Virus record (IMG/VR): IMGVR_UViG_3300043423_000073
Coordinates: 32,001 to 96,000 of that record
Source: a virus
Lineage: Duplodnaviria; Caudoviricetes
Strand: one strand, 5' to 3'
DNA length: 64,000 bases
Shown here: piece by piece, positions 1 to 9,355 of the stretch
Numbering within the stretch: position 1 is the stretch's first letter
Layout of the letters: each line of letters opens with the position of its first letter
The notes under the pieces: model-generated
Seen by the model: only the letters and a program-made list of their open reading frames with translations
Databases searched by the model: none
What the model was told of the DNA's origin: nothing
Position numbers and translations under genes: made by a program

Positions 1-195
1 CCGGCCCAACATGACAAAGCCTTCATCCGTCACTGACATTCGGCCAGTCTTCGGTACCAAACCGACCACTGAGCCTTCGCCGTTTTCGTCAAATTTTGCC
101 TTGACAACGGTGCAGAAGCTCCGGAGGATAGTGACTGCCTTTGCGGCCCATGCTGGGTTGGAGGCGACCAGTCGGCTTGCAGCAGAGATTTTCAT
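1..195 (-). CDS. hypothetical protein with MKxxAxxRLxA leader (partial, runs off window)
   Basis: Not in the ORF track. ATG at 195 reads MKISAASRLVASNPAWAAK..., open to the window edge, preceded by RBS-like AAGGA; same leader as neighbours. Confidence 0.7.
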   Translation of the reverse strand, partial: MKISAASRLVASNPAWAAKAVTILRSFCTVVKAKFDENGEGSVVGLVPKTGRMSVTDEGFVMLGR

Positions 196-250
196 TCTGG
201 TTTCCTTGTTAGTTTGCAGTTGTTGGTTTGGGGTTTGGTTAATCAGACGG

Positions 251-766
251 TTAATAGCTCACGCCATCGTCGAGAAAGTCAAAGGACAAGGTTGCAGAGA
301 TTTCAACCCCAGCGCTTTCTGCACCGTTAAAGTCGACGTTCGCGATCTCCTCTAACCAGCAACCGTTGATCACGATGGTCTTGGTCGTGTTGCCTTGATT
401 GTCGTAAAGGTCGAGCTCGGCGTTAACCTTGTACTCAGCGCTGTCTGCGCCGGTGTTGTTCTTCCATGACCGCGTGCGGTCCCGCCATTGACGCAGCTTG
501 GTGTAGGAGTCGAAGCCGACCGTCTCCATAAGCATAAACGTGAAGGTGTGATCGTACTGGGCACGACCGGCTTCACGCTTTTTCACACCGTGCAGCTCAA
601 TGTCGATGCCTTCGATCTTTGAGCCAGGCAAGCTCGTGGTCTTGCAACGAACAGTCAGCGTCTGGCTGTCATTGGCGCCCGGAATGAAGGGAAAGATCAA
701 ATCGAAGTTCCAGGTCTGCGCGGCATCAGGAAGTGCCATAACCTGTGAGTGGGATGTTCGTGCCAT
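251..766 (-). CDS. tail tube protein (T4 gp19-like)
   Basis: 171 aa; WNFDL, CKTTSLPG, LYDNQG, GCWLEEI, LSFD resemble myovirus tube proteins; downstream of the sheath gene. Confidence 0.85.
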   Translation of the reverse strand: MARTSHSQVMALPDAAQTWNFDLIFPFIPGANDSQTLTVRCKTTSLPGSKIEGIDIELHGVKKREAGRAQYDHTFTFMLMETVGFDSYTKLRQWRDRTRSWKNNTGADSAEYKVNAELDLYDNQGNTTKTIVINGCWLEEIANVDFNGAESAGVEISATLSFDFLDDGVSY

Positions 767-769
767 CGG

Positions 770-1096
770 TTAGTCCTCTAGGAGAAGGTTAAAGATTTTG
801 CTTTCTGGGTCTTCGTCGTTTGTGAAGACGCGGAATGTCTCCTCATAGACGATGCCCAAAGGCGAGAGATGGTTAATGGTGACGTTGGTGCCCTTAACCT
901 GAGACTCCTTTACCGTTGCTAGCGCGTCAAGAATCTGTTGCTGGGTAACCTTGTCCTCTGTGCGGAAGAAAAAGTTATTGCCTGTTTGTTTCAGAAAGCG
1001 TGCACCAAGAGGTCGAAGCAGCTTGGCCAGCGTTTGTTGGAGTATGAACAGGTTTCGGTCAGCGGCGGCCAGCCGTGTTGCTGCTTGAAGCTTCAT
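770..1096 (-). CDS. hypothetical protein, MKLQAATRL leader family
   Basis: Start moved to ATG 1096 (MKLQAATRLAAADR) after AAGG. Confidence 0.75.
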   Translation of the reverse strand: MKLQAATRLAAADRNLFILQQTLAKLLRPLGARFLKQTGNNFFFRTEDKVTQQQILDALATVKESQVKGTNVTINHLSPLGIVYEETFRVFTNDEDPESKIFNLLLED

Positions 1097-1115
1097 TTTG
1101 ATTGGCCTTGTTAGG

Positions 1116-1595
1116 TTAAGCAAAGCCGCGCTTCTCAAACTCATTGACAGCCTTGTTTACGAAGGCCGCGTACTTGGCAGGGTTAAAGTTACCAAGACCA
1201 AACTCGTAGTAATCAATCTCGCGCTTGGGGGAGAGGTTGAGCCAAACAACACCGACGAATCGCGACTCTTCGCCAAAGTTGAACTCGAAAGACGCCCGGT
1301 AGGGTGCCTCCTCTGGTCCTGCCTCAACCGACCACACACAGCCGCCCAGCTCTTGGTTGAGGTTTATGCTGCTGCGCTTCACCTTGGCTTTACCATCAAG
1401 CGCCGCCTTGAAGCCTTTGTCGACTTCCTGGAGAACCGCTTTCATAAGAGACTTGGACTCCTTGCCGTTGCCGAAGTGGGCACGATCGGAAGCTTCCCCA
1501 ATCTGCTTGCCCACTGAAAGCAAGGCCTCACGAAAGGCTTTTGCGTCGCCTTTAGCCGCTGTTACTTGAAGACGTGTTGCTGCTTGAAGTTTCAT
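1116..1595 (-). CDS. hypothetical protein, MKLQAATRL leader family; paralog of 10798..11265
   Basis: Near-identical N-terminus (MKLQAATRL...AAKGDAKAFREALL) and similar C-terminus (FNxAKYxxFVNKA) to the 10798 ORF. Confidence 0.85.
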   Translation of the reverse strand: MKLQAATRLQVTAAKGDAKAFREALLSVGKQIGEASDRAHFGNGKESKSLMKAVLQEVDKGFKAALDGKAKVKRSSINLNQELGGCVWSVEAGPEEAPYRASFEFNFGEESRFVGVVWLNLSPKREIDYYEFGLGNFNPAKYAAFVNKAVNEFEKRGFA

Positions 1596-1621
1596 TTTGG
1601 TTTTCCTTGTTGCCTGTTTTG

Positions 1622-1631
1622 CATAAAATTA
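1622..1631 (-). promoter_or_regulatory. putative late promoter TAATTTTATG
   Basis: Identical 10-mer at five intergenic sites upstream of minus-strand genes in the virion module. Confidence 0.7.
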
Positions 1632-1701
1632 GCGGTACTGCCTATTTGACAATGCCTACGGCTGCTGTGAAAGAGCGCCCGTTGGTAGCCAAAGTCCGCA
1701 C

Positions 1702-4086
1702 CTACCGTTGTTCCTGTGCCGTGTTCTCTATAAAATTACGGACCCACTTTGTCTTGCCTAGCGATTTAACCGCCCTTAACCCTAACTCTTCTATCAACTG
1801 TTTTTCTGTGCACTCGTCTGGGTTTACGGCTAGGCCAAACTTTTTGATCAACTCCGCCTTGCTAAACGCCTGCTTTGGTTGCCTATAAGGCCCACCGAAC
1901 CAGGCGTAGTAATCAACTGAATTTCTACGGAGCTCGCAGAAGCCAAGCTCTTGATACATGCCTCCTGTGAAGACGGTATTGTCTGCATAGGATGAGACCG
2001 ACTTGGGACTTGCTGCTCTCACAAATGCCGCCAGCAGCCTTGACGCGCCGCCTACCACAGAGCAGCTAGTCGCATAGCGGGTCAGCTCGTACACACCGGC
2101 CTGTCTTTTGCTTCCTCTGCTGCTGACTGTGTGGTTAAACGTCATGGCCGCCACAACCTTGCCATTGTGTCGCAAGCAGTAGGCGGTGCCTCCTCGTGGG
2201 GCGCCTTGTATGTGCACGGCGTTAAAAAACTTTTTGAGCTTAGACGCAGGCGCGACCACAATCTCGCACTGCCGAGCGTACACCCTCTTGCTGACCAACC
2301 CGACTAAATGTTCACAAAAGCGCCTAGCTGCCTGGGCATGAAGACGTACAACGTCCTCGTGCAGAAAAACGAGTCGATATCCTGCTGCTTCGGCCTTTGC
2401 CTTTTGGCGGGCCATCTCTTGTGAGTCTGACCAAAAGTGCGGTACAAAGGTTACTGCGATTTTCTTGTCAGGCACATACACTGTTTGGCGCTTTATTCTT
2501 TCGGCGCCTAGCCAGGCAGCAATTTGCCTCACGTACTTTGCGCAGTAATCCGCCTTGCCGATATCCGTGTAATACTGATGCCACACAAGAGCTTCTGGGT
2601 TTGGATGGGTATGCCAGTCGTCAGGTAGAAACACACAGCTACCTGCAGGCATTACCACCGCCCAACGTACCTTTAATCCACTCTCATCTGCCTGCCTAGC
2701 CTTTTCACGATTCCTGGCCACAGCATTAGGCATAAGCAGCGTCCAGGTAGATTTACACTCGACGAAGCCTTGTCTGGGAATGTAAAAATCAGGCGTCCAG
2801 CTCATACGTTTCGCCTTGTCGCGCGGATAGCGCTCGTCGAATTGCGTGCGGACTGTCTTGTGCCTTTTCAAAAGCTCGCGCAACAAGACGACCTCGCTGT
2901 TACCCTGCACCGTGTAGCCTTTGCCGTTTACCTTAACTTCTTTTCTGGCAAAGCTTGACTTTAAACCTTTGAGCGCTTGCAGAGGATTCTTGTTGGGCTG
3001 CTCAAATCCGTATTTTTGCAACCAGGTGGCCTTGCACTTTGCCATAATCTCTGGGTTTGAAGTCGCGACCTCATGTCCGTAGACACGAAGATTAGTGTTA
3101 CGGATTTTCTCGCGTAACAGCGGGCTGCCCAGGCCAAAGCCGCCATATCTAAACAGGTTTGTTTCGACCATCTTTGCTCGCACCTCCGGGCGCTTCATAG
3201 GATGGTCCACGCCATACTGCTCTGTGTGGCGTCTTTTACGGTTTTCCACTGCCTCAGGGTTTTGCATGTTATGCGCATACCCTGTTTTCTTCTTATAGGT
3301 AGCTGCCGCGCGCTTAACCACCTCTTTTAGCTGCCTCGGACTAGCAACACCGTAGCGTTCCTTATGCGTCTTCTTTCTCTCGCTTACCACTGAGGCAACG
3401 TCCTCTGCCGACTTGTTGCGCCAGGCTTTTGTGATTTTGTTCTTCACCTTGGCAGACTGTGTGGCCCAATCGCTGCCGTAGAGCGCACGATTTGTTTTTA
3501 TTCGCTTGCCCCGAACTGCGGCCACGTCAACCTTGCTCCACGCGGCACTAACTTTTGCTCTCACCTTAGCCGACGCCATTGGGCTAGACCCGCCATAGCG
3601 CTTTACATTGGTCAGCTTTCTTTTCTCGTATACCGCTGCAACCTCGTCAGCAGACTTTTCACTCCATGTCTGCTTGGACTTTTCTGTGCGTAGCTGCCAA
3701 CGGAGCCTTTTACCCGCTTCTGTTGGTAAGCAGTTCTTGCAGATGCAACATAAGACTGCGGTTGGGGTTTTACATAAAAGGCAGGGCCTGTCCATGGCCG
3801 CTACAAGACGTGGCGTGTTGATGCCTAGGCTGTGACGCATCTCATAGACAAACCTACGCCACAGCCTAGCCCGTTTGCCAAGCTGTGCCCAGAACTCCTG
3901 TGCGCCACACTTTCTGGCAGGGTACTGAGCGTAAAGCGACCTAATTGCCGTCTTGTCTTCGTCGGTCAGCCGACAGGGCTTAATCTTTGACTCTACTGAT
4001 GCTGGGTAGTTTGAAGGGTCGAAGTGTTTGCTTGGTTGGCTTAGTCGGCTTGGTTGGTTAAGTTGGTTAAGTTGACCAGCGTTCAT
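1702..4086 (-). CDS. Hef-like homing endonuclease-type protein (Zn finger, ERYGV-type repeats, PD-(D/E)xK nuclease, C-terminal Mom/GNAT-like domain)
   Basis: CxxC pairs; repeated K/TNxxRYG(V)xxP units; PDFY...VECK nuclease motif; C-terminal YELTRYA...GGASRLL...SYAD...GGMYQELGF. Start moved to ATG 4086. Confidence 0.7.
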   Translation of the reverse strand: MNAGQLNQLNQPSRLSQPSKHFDPSNYPASVESKIKPCRLTDEDKTAIRSLYAQYPARKCGAQEFWAQLGKRARLWRRFVYEMRHSLGINTPRLVAAMDRPCLLCKTPTAVLCCICKNCLPTEAGKRLRWQLRTEKSKQTWSEKSADEVAAVYEKRKLTNVKRYGGSSPMASAKVRAKVSAAWSKVDVAAVRGKRIKTNRALYGSDWATQSAKVKNKITKAWRNKSAEDVASVVSERKKTHKERYGVASPRQLKEVVKRAAATYKKKTGYAHNMQNPEAVENRKRRHTEQYGVDHPMKRPEVRAKMVETNLFRYGGFGLGSPLLREKIRNTNLRVYGHEVATSNPEIMAKCKATWLQKYGFEQPNKNPLQALKGLKSSFARKEVKVNGKGYTVQGNSEVVLLRELLKRHKTVRTQFDERYPRDKAKRMSWTPDFYIPRQGFVECKSTWTLLMPNAVARNREKARQADESGLKVRWAVVMPAGSCVFLPDDWHTHPNPEALVWHQYYTDIGKADYCAKYVRQIAAWLGAERIKRQTVYVPDKKIAVTFVPHFWSDSQEMARQKAKAEAAGYRLVFLHEDVVRLHAQAARRFCEHLVGLVSKRVYARQCEIVVAPASKLKKFFNAVHIQGAPRGGTAYCLRHNGKVVAAMTFNHTVSSRGSKRQAGVYELTRYATSCSVVGGASRLLAAFVRAASPKSVSSYADNTVFTGGMYQELGFCELRRNSVDYYAWFGGPYRQPKQAFSKAELIKKFGLAVNPDECTEKQLIEELGLRAVKSLGKTKWVRNFIENTAQEQR

Positions 4087-4095
4087 TGGTTTCTT

Positions 4096-4176
4096 CCGTG
4101 AAAAGAGGAAGGTCCACTGTGGCGTGTGCTGTTCACGGCAACACACAGGACGGCCATCCTATACCACAGTGGACCT
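4096..4176 (-). promoter_or_regulatory. structured 5' leader (3-way junction plus pseudoknot) of the endonuclease gene
   Basis: 13-bp stem 4110-4122/4164-4176 enclosing two hairpins; loop 4132-4138 is complementary to 4096-4102 next to the RBS. Confidence 0.55.
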
Positions 4177-4217
4177 AAAACAGCTATTTACTGTTTACCG
4201 CGTCTTTACCTTAACCT

Positions 4218-6128
4218 TTATTGACCGGTGACCTGGCTCAATGCCTCTTTGAAGGACACGCCCGCCTTGGACACAACAACCTGCAACTGGATTTCATGAA
4301 TCGGAACCTGTGGGATCAAGATAACCGTTACCACCAATATGCCCGCATTACGTGTTGCTGCTGTATTGTTGCGGTCGTCGATAACCACGTCAAAGTCGTA
4401 GAGGCCAGAGCTGTTCTTCACGCTCTGCAGGTAGCTTGTGATGGAGTTACGCAAGCTGCGGCGAACAGCTTCCGTGTTCATCTCCTGCAGTGCATACATC
4501 AGAAACTTCTGTGTGCTGACCTTGATGACGTTGATGATACGGCGTACAGACAACCAGGACAGCGCCGACTGCTGGGCTGTCAGCGTCTGCTGCTCCCACA
4601 GTGCAATGCCCTGACCCACAAAGGTTCGTGTGTAGTTCACATTGGCTTTGTAGAGGTAGTCGGACATGCCCTCGTCGTAGGTATGACGAGCTTTGAGCAC
4701 ATTGAGCAAACCGCGGTTCAAGCCGGCTGGGCTGAAAGCAGGGTTAGCCACGCGGTCAGTGCGAGCACACAAGGCTGCGGCCCAGCCCGAAGGTGGTGCA
4801 TAGACCTGCCTGCCGTTAACCAGATCAGCCTGCAAAAGATCAGGGCAGAACAGTGCGCTGTAAGAGCTGTTGAGGTTCAATGACAAGTTTCGGTAGTCAA
4901 CTGCCGCCTGGAACTGTTGCATCGTCGACGGCACGTCAAGCAAGGCAACACAATCGCCACGACGCTGGGCCAAACTGTCCATGGCAAGCTGCACGATGGG
5001 GTCTGCAATACCTGCGTTCACAATCATGTTGATTTCGTACAACTGCTTGTCTTTGAAGACGTCGAGGGCAGCGGCCACGTCGTACGAGGTAGGAGCCGTG
5101 CCGGAGTTACCGCCAGTGAACTTTACCGCGGTGCTGTTGCTGATAGTGGGCACAGATGGCAGCGAGGACACATTGTTGCGCACACGCAGGTAACCGCTGA
5201 ACGGATTGATCTGGTCTTCCAATTCCATTTGGACGCCAGTTGCGCCGACCTTGGGAGTCAAAGTGGAAGTCCACTCTTCGGCCACCTCGCCGGTTTCTGC
5301 ACGAAGGCGCACAGTGAACTCTTCGTTGATGGAAGCGAGTAACGGATCGGTGATGGGGAGCACTGCGGTGTCTGGAGTGACCGCGCCAGTGTCGACGAAG
5401 GTTGTAACCCCTCCGCCCAGAACCGCGATACGCCCGTAAGCTTCGCCAGTGATACGCCCGTAGACTTCGTAGCCAACTGCACCAACAACGGGGTTCCAGG
5501 CAAGCGTGTTCTTGCCGCCGTTTATACCTGTTACAGGTACTTCGAGTGAACCTAAACTCTTGCCGTTGCTGCCCAAAGCTGCCACCTGATACGCATAGGT
5601 CTCTAACTCCAGCACACCGCCCTCCTCAGACGGCGTGACGGTTAGTTCGGTTGGTGCGTAGACGTTATTGGAAACGATTTCCAAAGAACGGTCTTTGCCG
5701 TAGGATCCTGGGCCTTGGCGCAGATAGAACAATGCGATGGCCGACTCGCCTGCATCTGCGAGACTGTCAATGTCAACTGTGTCTGGGCTGGCTAGACCCA
5801 TAGGGCGCAGCAGCTGCGTAGAATCGGTGGACACGAGCAACAGGCTGGCCGTCAAGTGATCTGAGCCTAACACACGGAAGAACCAGCCTGAGTTGCCTTC
5901 GGTAAAAAAGTTCAAGGCGGACTGAATTGTCATAGAGACGGTTGGGTCAGGATCACCGTACTCACGGATGAAGGAGTCGGCTTCCGTAAAGAACATTGGT
6001 TCAGCCGAGCCTTGTCTGGTCACCACAGGCATCAACACAACAGAGGACGACGAGGAGGTGATGACCTGAGACAGGTTAATCTCTTGGGCGCGGACGTCGC
6101 TCGAACGACGGACGATTTGGGTTGTCAT
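4218..6128 (-). CDS. tail sheath protein
   Basis: 636 aa; C-terminal PPSG...FSPAGLNRG, LSVRR, FDVVIDDRNNT sheath motifs. Confidence 0.92.
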   Translation of the reverse strand: MTTQIVRRSSDVRAQEINLSQVITSSSSSVVLMPVVTRQGSAEPMFFTEADSFIREYGDPDPTVSMTIQSALNFFTEGNSGWFFRVLGSDHLTASLLLVSTDSTQLLRPMGLASPDTVDIDSLADAGESAIALFYLRQGPGSYGKDRSLEIVSNNVYAPTELTVTPSEEGGVLELETYAYQVAALGSNGKSLGSLEVPVTGINGGKNTLAWNPVVGAVGYEVYGRITGEAYGRIAVLGGGVTTFVDTGAVTPDTAVLPITDPLLASINEEFTVRLRAETGEVAEEWTSTLTPKVGATGVQMELEDQINPFSGYLRVRNNVSSLPSVPTISNSTAVKFTGGNSGTAPTSYDVAAALDVFKDKQLYEINMIVNAGIADPIVQLAMDSLAQRRGDCVALLDVPSTMQQFQAAVDYRNLSLNLNSSYSALFCPDLLQADLVNGRQVYAPPSGWAAALCARTDRVANPAFSPAGLNRGLLNVLKARHTYDEGMSDYLYKANVNYTRTFVGQGIALWEQQTLTAQQSALSWLSVRRIINVIKVSTQKFLMYALQEMNTEAVRRSLRNSITSYLQSVKNSSGLYDFDVVIDDRNNTAATRNAGILVVTVILIPQVPIHEIQLQVVVSKAGVSFKEALSQVTGQ

Positions 6129-6400
6129 AGGTTCTTCTCCTTAGCGTTGTTTTGAATGTCGACAGTCTTTGTCGGGGTCTTTGGCAGGACGGCAGGTGCC
6201 GGTGTTTTCTGAACGAGAGCCGCAGGCTTGTCGGGGTGGACTTTGACCACACCGGGATTCAGCGCCAGCCAGTTACTGTCAACGGTCGCGCCTTCAGGCA
6301 AGTCCACAGTACGCTTGGCGGCCACATGCACATAGTTCACGCCTCGGGGTTCAATGATGCGGATAGCTAATGCCATCGTGCCTTGATTGGTGACTTTCAT
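6125..6400 (-). CDS. hypothetical virion-module protein
   Basis: 91 aa, overlaps the sheath start, RBS AAGGA. Confidence 0.7.
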   Translation of the reverse strand: MKVTNQGTMALAIRIIEPRGVNYVHVAAKRTVDLPEGATVDSNWLALNPGVVKVHPDKPAALVQKTPAPAVLPKTPTKTVDIQNNAKEKNL

Positions 6401-6414
6401 TTGAGTTCCTTTGT

Positions 6415-7065
6415 TTAAAATGGAGTGAACGTCGCGCCGCTGAGATACTCTTCTGGGTGCTCGTCGGTCAGGATAAGCGTGTTAATACGTCCGCGCTTAC
6501 CCAGGTCAGGTTCGGAAGTGTATCCGTGTATAACACCGCTTGCGCTGGGCTTATAAACTGCCTCAGTGTCTGACGGGTTTTCTTTCTTCGGTGTGCTAAC
6601 CTGCTCCGTCAAAACATAGCTGACCGCAACATTGGTCAGCCCATAGTTGATAGAGAAGTTAGCTGCTCCGTTGCGGCGTGTAAAGAGCCACCTACGGGCA
6701 AAGGCCATAACCGAGTCTTTGTTGTCGCTGAATTGAGCGCTATGAAAGACTAGGTTGAACTCGAATTTGGTTGGGTACAGACGCGCCATCATGTACTGAT
6801 TGTTGTCTGTGCTTAGGGTAACAGGTATGCCTTCGCGGATCATGCGCTGAGACACATAAGGGCTCTCAGGGTCAGAGCTAACACCCGTTATCTCAACAAA
6901 CGCATAGGGGTAGGTCGGCGCGGCGTTACCTTGCAGAATAGCCAGTTGCTTTAGCTCATCAATGCCTGTGGTAATAATGACGGGACAACTTAACTGCTCT
7001 GACATTTTGCGCTGAAAGCCCTCAAGGATGAGACCTTCGATTGGGGGTATTGCCACGTTTGCCAT
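6415..7065 (-). CDS. putative tail completion/terminator protein
   Basis: 216 aa between capsid and sheath; TYPYAFVEITGV resembles tail terminators; function inferred from position. Confidence 0.5.
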   Translation of the reverse strand: MANVAIPPIEGLILEGFQRKMSEQLSCPVIITTGIDELKQLAILQGNAAPTYPYAFVEITGVSSDPESPYVSQRMIREGIPVTLSTDNNQYMMARLYPTKFEFNLVFHSAQFSDNKDSVMAFARRWLFTRRNGAANFSINYGLTNVAVSYVLTEQVSTPKKENPSDTEAVYKPSASGVIHGYTSEPDLGKRGRINTLILTDEHPEEYLSGATFTPF

Positions 7066-7075
7066 GCCCTAGTCC

Positions 7076-7085
7076 CATAAAATTA
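7076..7085 (-). promoter_or_regulatory. putative late promoter TAATTTTATG
   Basis: Second copy, just after a terminator and upstream of the 7065 start. Confidence 0.7.
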
Positions 7086-7097
7086 GAGGAGGAAAAC

Positions 7098-7126
7098 AAA
7101 AAAAGGGAGGCAGTGCCTCCCTTTTT
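7098..7126 (-). terminator. intrinsic terminator (possibly bidirectional)
   Basis: GGGAGGC-agt-GCCTCCC stem flanked by A7 and T5. Confidence 0.85.
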
Positions 7127-7140
7127 CTACGTGCGCAAGA

Positions 7141-7542
7141 TCAACGACCGCGACGGCGTGTCATGCTGCGCAACACGGAGGCCATGGTTTCTGCGGGAGC
7201 GTCTTCGCCCATGCCGTCATCCATGCCGTCATCCATGTCCACATCGTCCATGTCGGAGGCCAGTTCCATGTCCTCGTCCATGCCTTCATCCATGTCGTCC
7301 GAGCTGGTCAGTTCGTCAAACAGCTGCTCGTCATTCGCTTTCAGGCGACGCTTCGAGGCACCCAGCTTGCGCTGAGCGGCATGGGCGTGGGCATTGGAAG
7401 CTTCCAAGACCTGAATGGCGGCAACGACGTCCGATTCGCCAATGGCTTTTGCGAACAGTTTGGCGGCCAAAGTGGTGTTGCCTTTGCGGCCAGCGTTCAA
7501 TGCCAGAGCCACGTGGTCAAGAGTGCGAGAGTATGTACGCAT
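7141..7542 (-). CDS. acidic putative head protein
   Basis: 133 aa downstream of the capsid gene; D/E/M-rich tail; LxA sites. Confidence 0.75.
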   Translation of the reverse strand: MRTYSRTLDHVALALNAGRKGNTTLAAKLFAKAIGESDVVAAIQVLEASNAHAHAAQRKLGASKRRLKANDEQLFDELTSSDDMDEGMDEDMELASDMDDVDMDDGMDDGMGEDAPAETMASVLRSMTRRRGR

Positions 7543-7600
7543 TTTGATTTCCTTGAGAATTGATGATGGGACTAAGAGCCCCTAGGGGCCCTTAGCGTAT

Positions 7601-8656
7601 TTAGACGCGCTGGCCTTTGGCGACAGAACGGCTGTTGGCAACGGACACGGCCAAGCTTTCCTCGATCACGAAACCGCGACCTGGGACCAACTCGTGGCTA
7701 ATGTCGATCGGTGTCGACTTCAGGCCACCGCGGTCGGAGTACGCGCCGTGGTTCAGTGCGTCAGAGATGACGTAGAACTCACCTGCGCCCAACACCTTGT
7801 GCTCTGGGTGACGGAAGGCATCAGAAGTGATGGTCATGCCGTACATGGTGGCCAGCTCGCCGGTCAACAACAACTCGTGGCGGGCAACTGGATCAATCGC
7901 CTGATAGAAGTCGCTGTTGCCGATGATGTCTTGCCACATATCGGAAGCCATCAACAAGTGAGCACCTTTCAGGCCCCACGCGGTGACCTTGCCCACCACA
8001 GTCATCAAACTGTAAGGGGTCAATTGGCCAGACACAACGGTCAGAGGGTTGTCCACACCAACCAAGGCGTTCACCTGGTTGTACCACACGCGGTCTTCTG
8101 CAACCATAGTTGCTTCAACACCTTCAATGAACTTTTCCTGCAACACGTCGCCGCTGGATTGGTTCAGTTCGTTGGTGGGCACGAATGGGCGAGCCACAAC
8201 CTGGAACTCAGGAGGAGTGAAGTACTTGTCACGGATGAGCTGCGACTGGATCTTGGTTGGGGAAGTGCTCCACACGGCAGTCACGTTCTTGGTACGCAAC
8301 TGGAAGCGAGGGACACTGCCTTGGGCCACGTCGATCTTGGCCAGGTACTTGCGCATGAAACCTTGACGGTTTGCGGTAATGTACAAGGCGTCGGAAATCT
8401 TCTCACCCAAGACACGGTGTGCGTCCTTGTCGTTGAAGGCGGCAGCCACCAGCTCGCGGCCAGTAGTTGCGTCAACGTTCAACATCACGCCTTGCGAGGA
8501 GGCCTGCAAGAAACGCTGTTGCTGAGTGAGCAGGTCTTTCTTGCTCGATGCGTTCAGTTCGCCATTACGGCCAACCAAAGACGAGCCGTCGACGGCTTTC
8601 AGGTCATGGGCGAGAACTGGTGCTTTGCCAGCACGAAGCATGATTGCTTTGGTCAT
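7601..8656 (-). CDS. major capsid protein
   Basis: 351 aa after protease, scaffold and decoration genes; strongly biased codons; HK97-like C-terminal half (AEDR, GELATMYGMTI); RBS AGGAGA. Confidence 0.85.
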   Translation of the reverse strand: MTKAIMLRAGKAPVLAHDLKAVDGSSLVGRNGELNASSKKDLLTQQQRFLQASSQGVMLNVDATTGRELVAAAFNDKDAHRVLGEKISDALYITANRQGFMRKYLAKIDVAQGSVPRFQLRTKNVTAVWSTSPTKIQSQLIRDKYFTPPEFQVVARPFVPTNELNQSSGDVLQEKFIEGVEATMVAEDRVWYNQVNALVGVDNPLTVVSGQLTPYSLMTVVGKVTAWGLKGAHLLMASDMWQDIIGNSDFYQAIDPVARHELLLTGELATMYGMTITSDAFRHPEHKVLGAGEFYVISDALNHGAYSDRGGLKSTPIDISHELVPGRGFVIEESLAVSVANSRSVAKGQRV

Positions 8657-8668
8657 CTGTTTCTCCTA

Positions 8669-9346
8669 TTAGGCGGCAGTGAAGGAGATGCCCAAGAAAG
8701 GCACTTCCTGCGAAGGCAGAGCAACAACGTAGCCGTCAATTGCTGCACCGGTGCCGGCTTGGTTTGTGATCTGGCCGTTGGCGGCCAACTTGATTGCGGT
8801 TGCTGCGGACCAGTCAACTGCGGCGTTGAACTCCGAGGTGTAGATGATGCCGCGCTTGGCAACACCGATCTGGCTCAGGTAATCACCGACGTAGCCACCT
8901 GGCTGCACGTCACCTTGAATGTTGCGAGCTTGCAAGGCAGTCAAGGCGTAGCGGTAGGTGACCGACACTTCGTGCGTTGCGGTCAACCCAGTGACTTCAC
9001 CGCTGGCGTTCACACTGGGGGTAGCCACTGCAGCGCCGGTGGTCTTGTTGAACACAAAAACCTGGCCGGTGATGGGAACAAAGTTCAAGCGAACCTTGCC
9101 GCTGGAGGGGACAACAAAGTCCTCAACCTTAGCAGCGTAGTCTGCGCCGAACGGCGCGGCGGAGGTACCGGCCAAGGAAAAGCCGACAAAGATTTCCGAA
9201 CCGTTGGCCGCCATGGAGGGCATAACACCTTCATGAACAGCACCAGGTGCGCGCACAAGCGCCAAACCTTCGGCGCGGATCAGAGCGCCGGGGGCCTGAA
9301 CGGCTTCACCAGAGTCCTGGATTTTCGAGAGAGGCAAGTAAAGCAT
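8669..9346 (-). CDS. putative head decoration/structural protein
   Basis: 225 aa, Gly/Ala/Val-rich, between scaffold and capsid genes. Confidence 0.65.
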   Translation of the reverse strand: MLYLPLSKIQDSGEAVQAPGALIRAEGLALVRAPGAVHEGVMPSMAANGSEIFVGFSLAGTSAAPFGADYAAKVEDFVVPSSGKVRLNFVPITGQVFVFNKTTGAAVATPSVNASGEVTGLTATHEVSVTYRYALTALQARNIQGDVQPGGYVGDYLSQIGVAKRGIIYTSEFNAAVDWSAATAIKLAANGQITNQAGTGAAIDGYVVALPSQEVPFLGISFTAA

Positions 9347-9355
9347 AGTTGCTCC

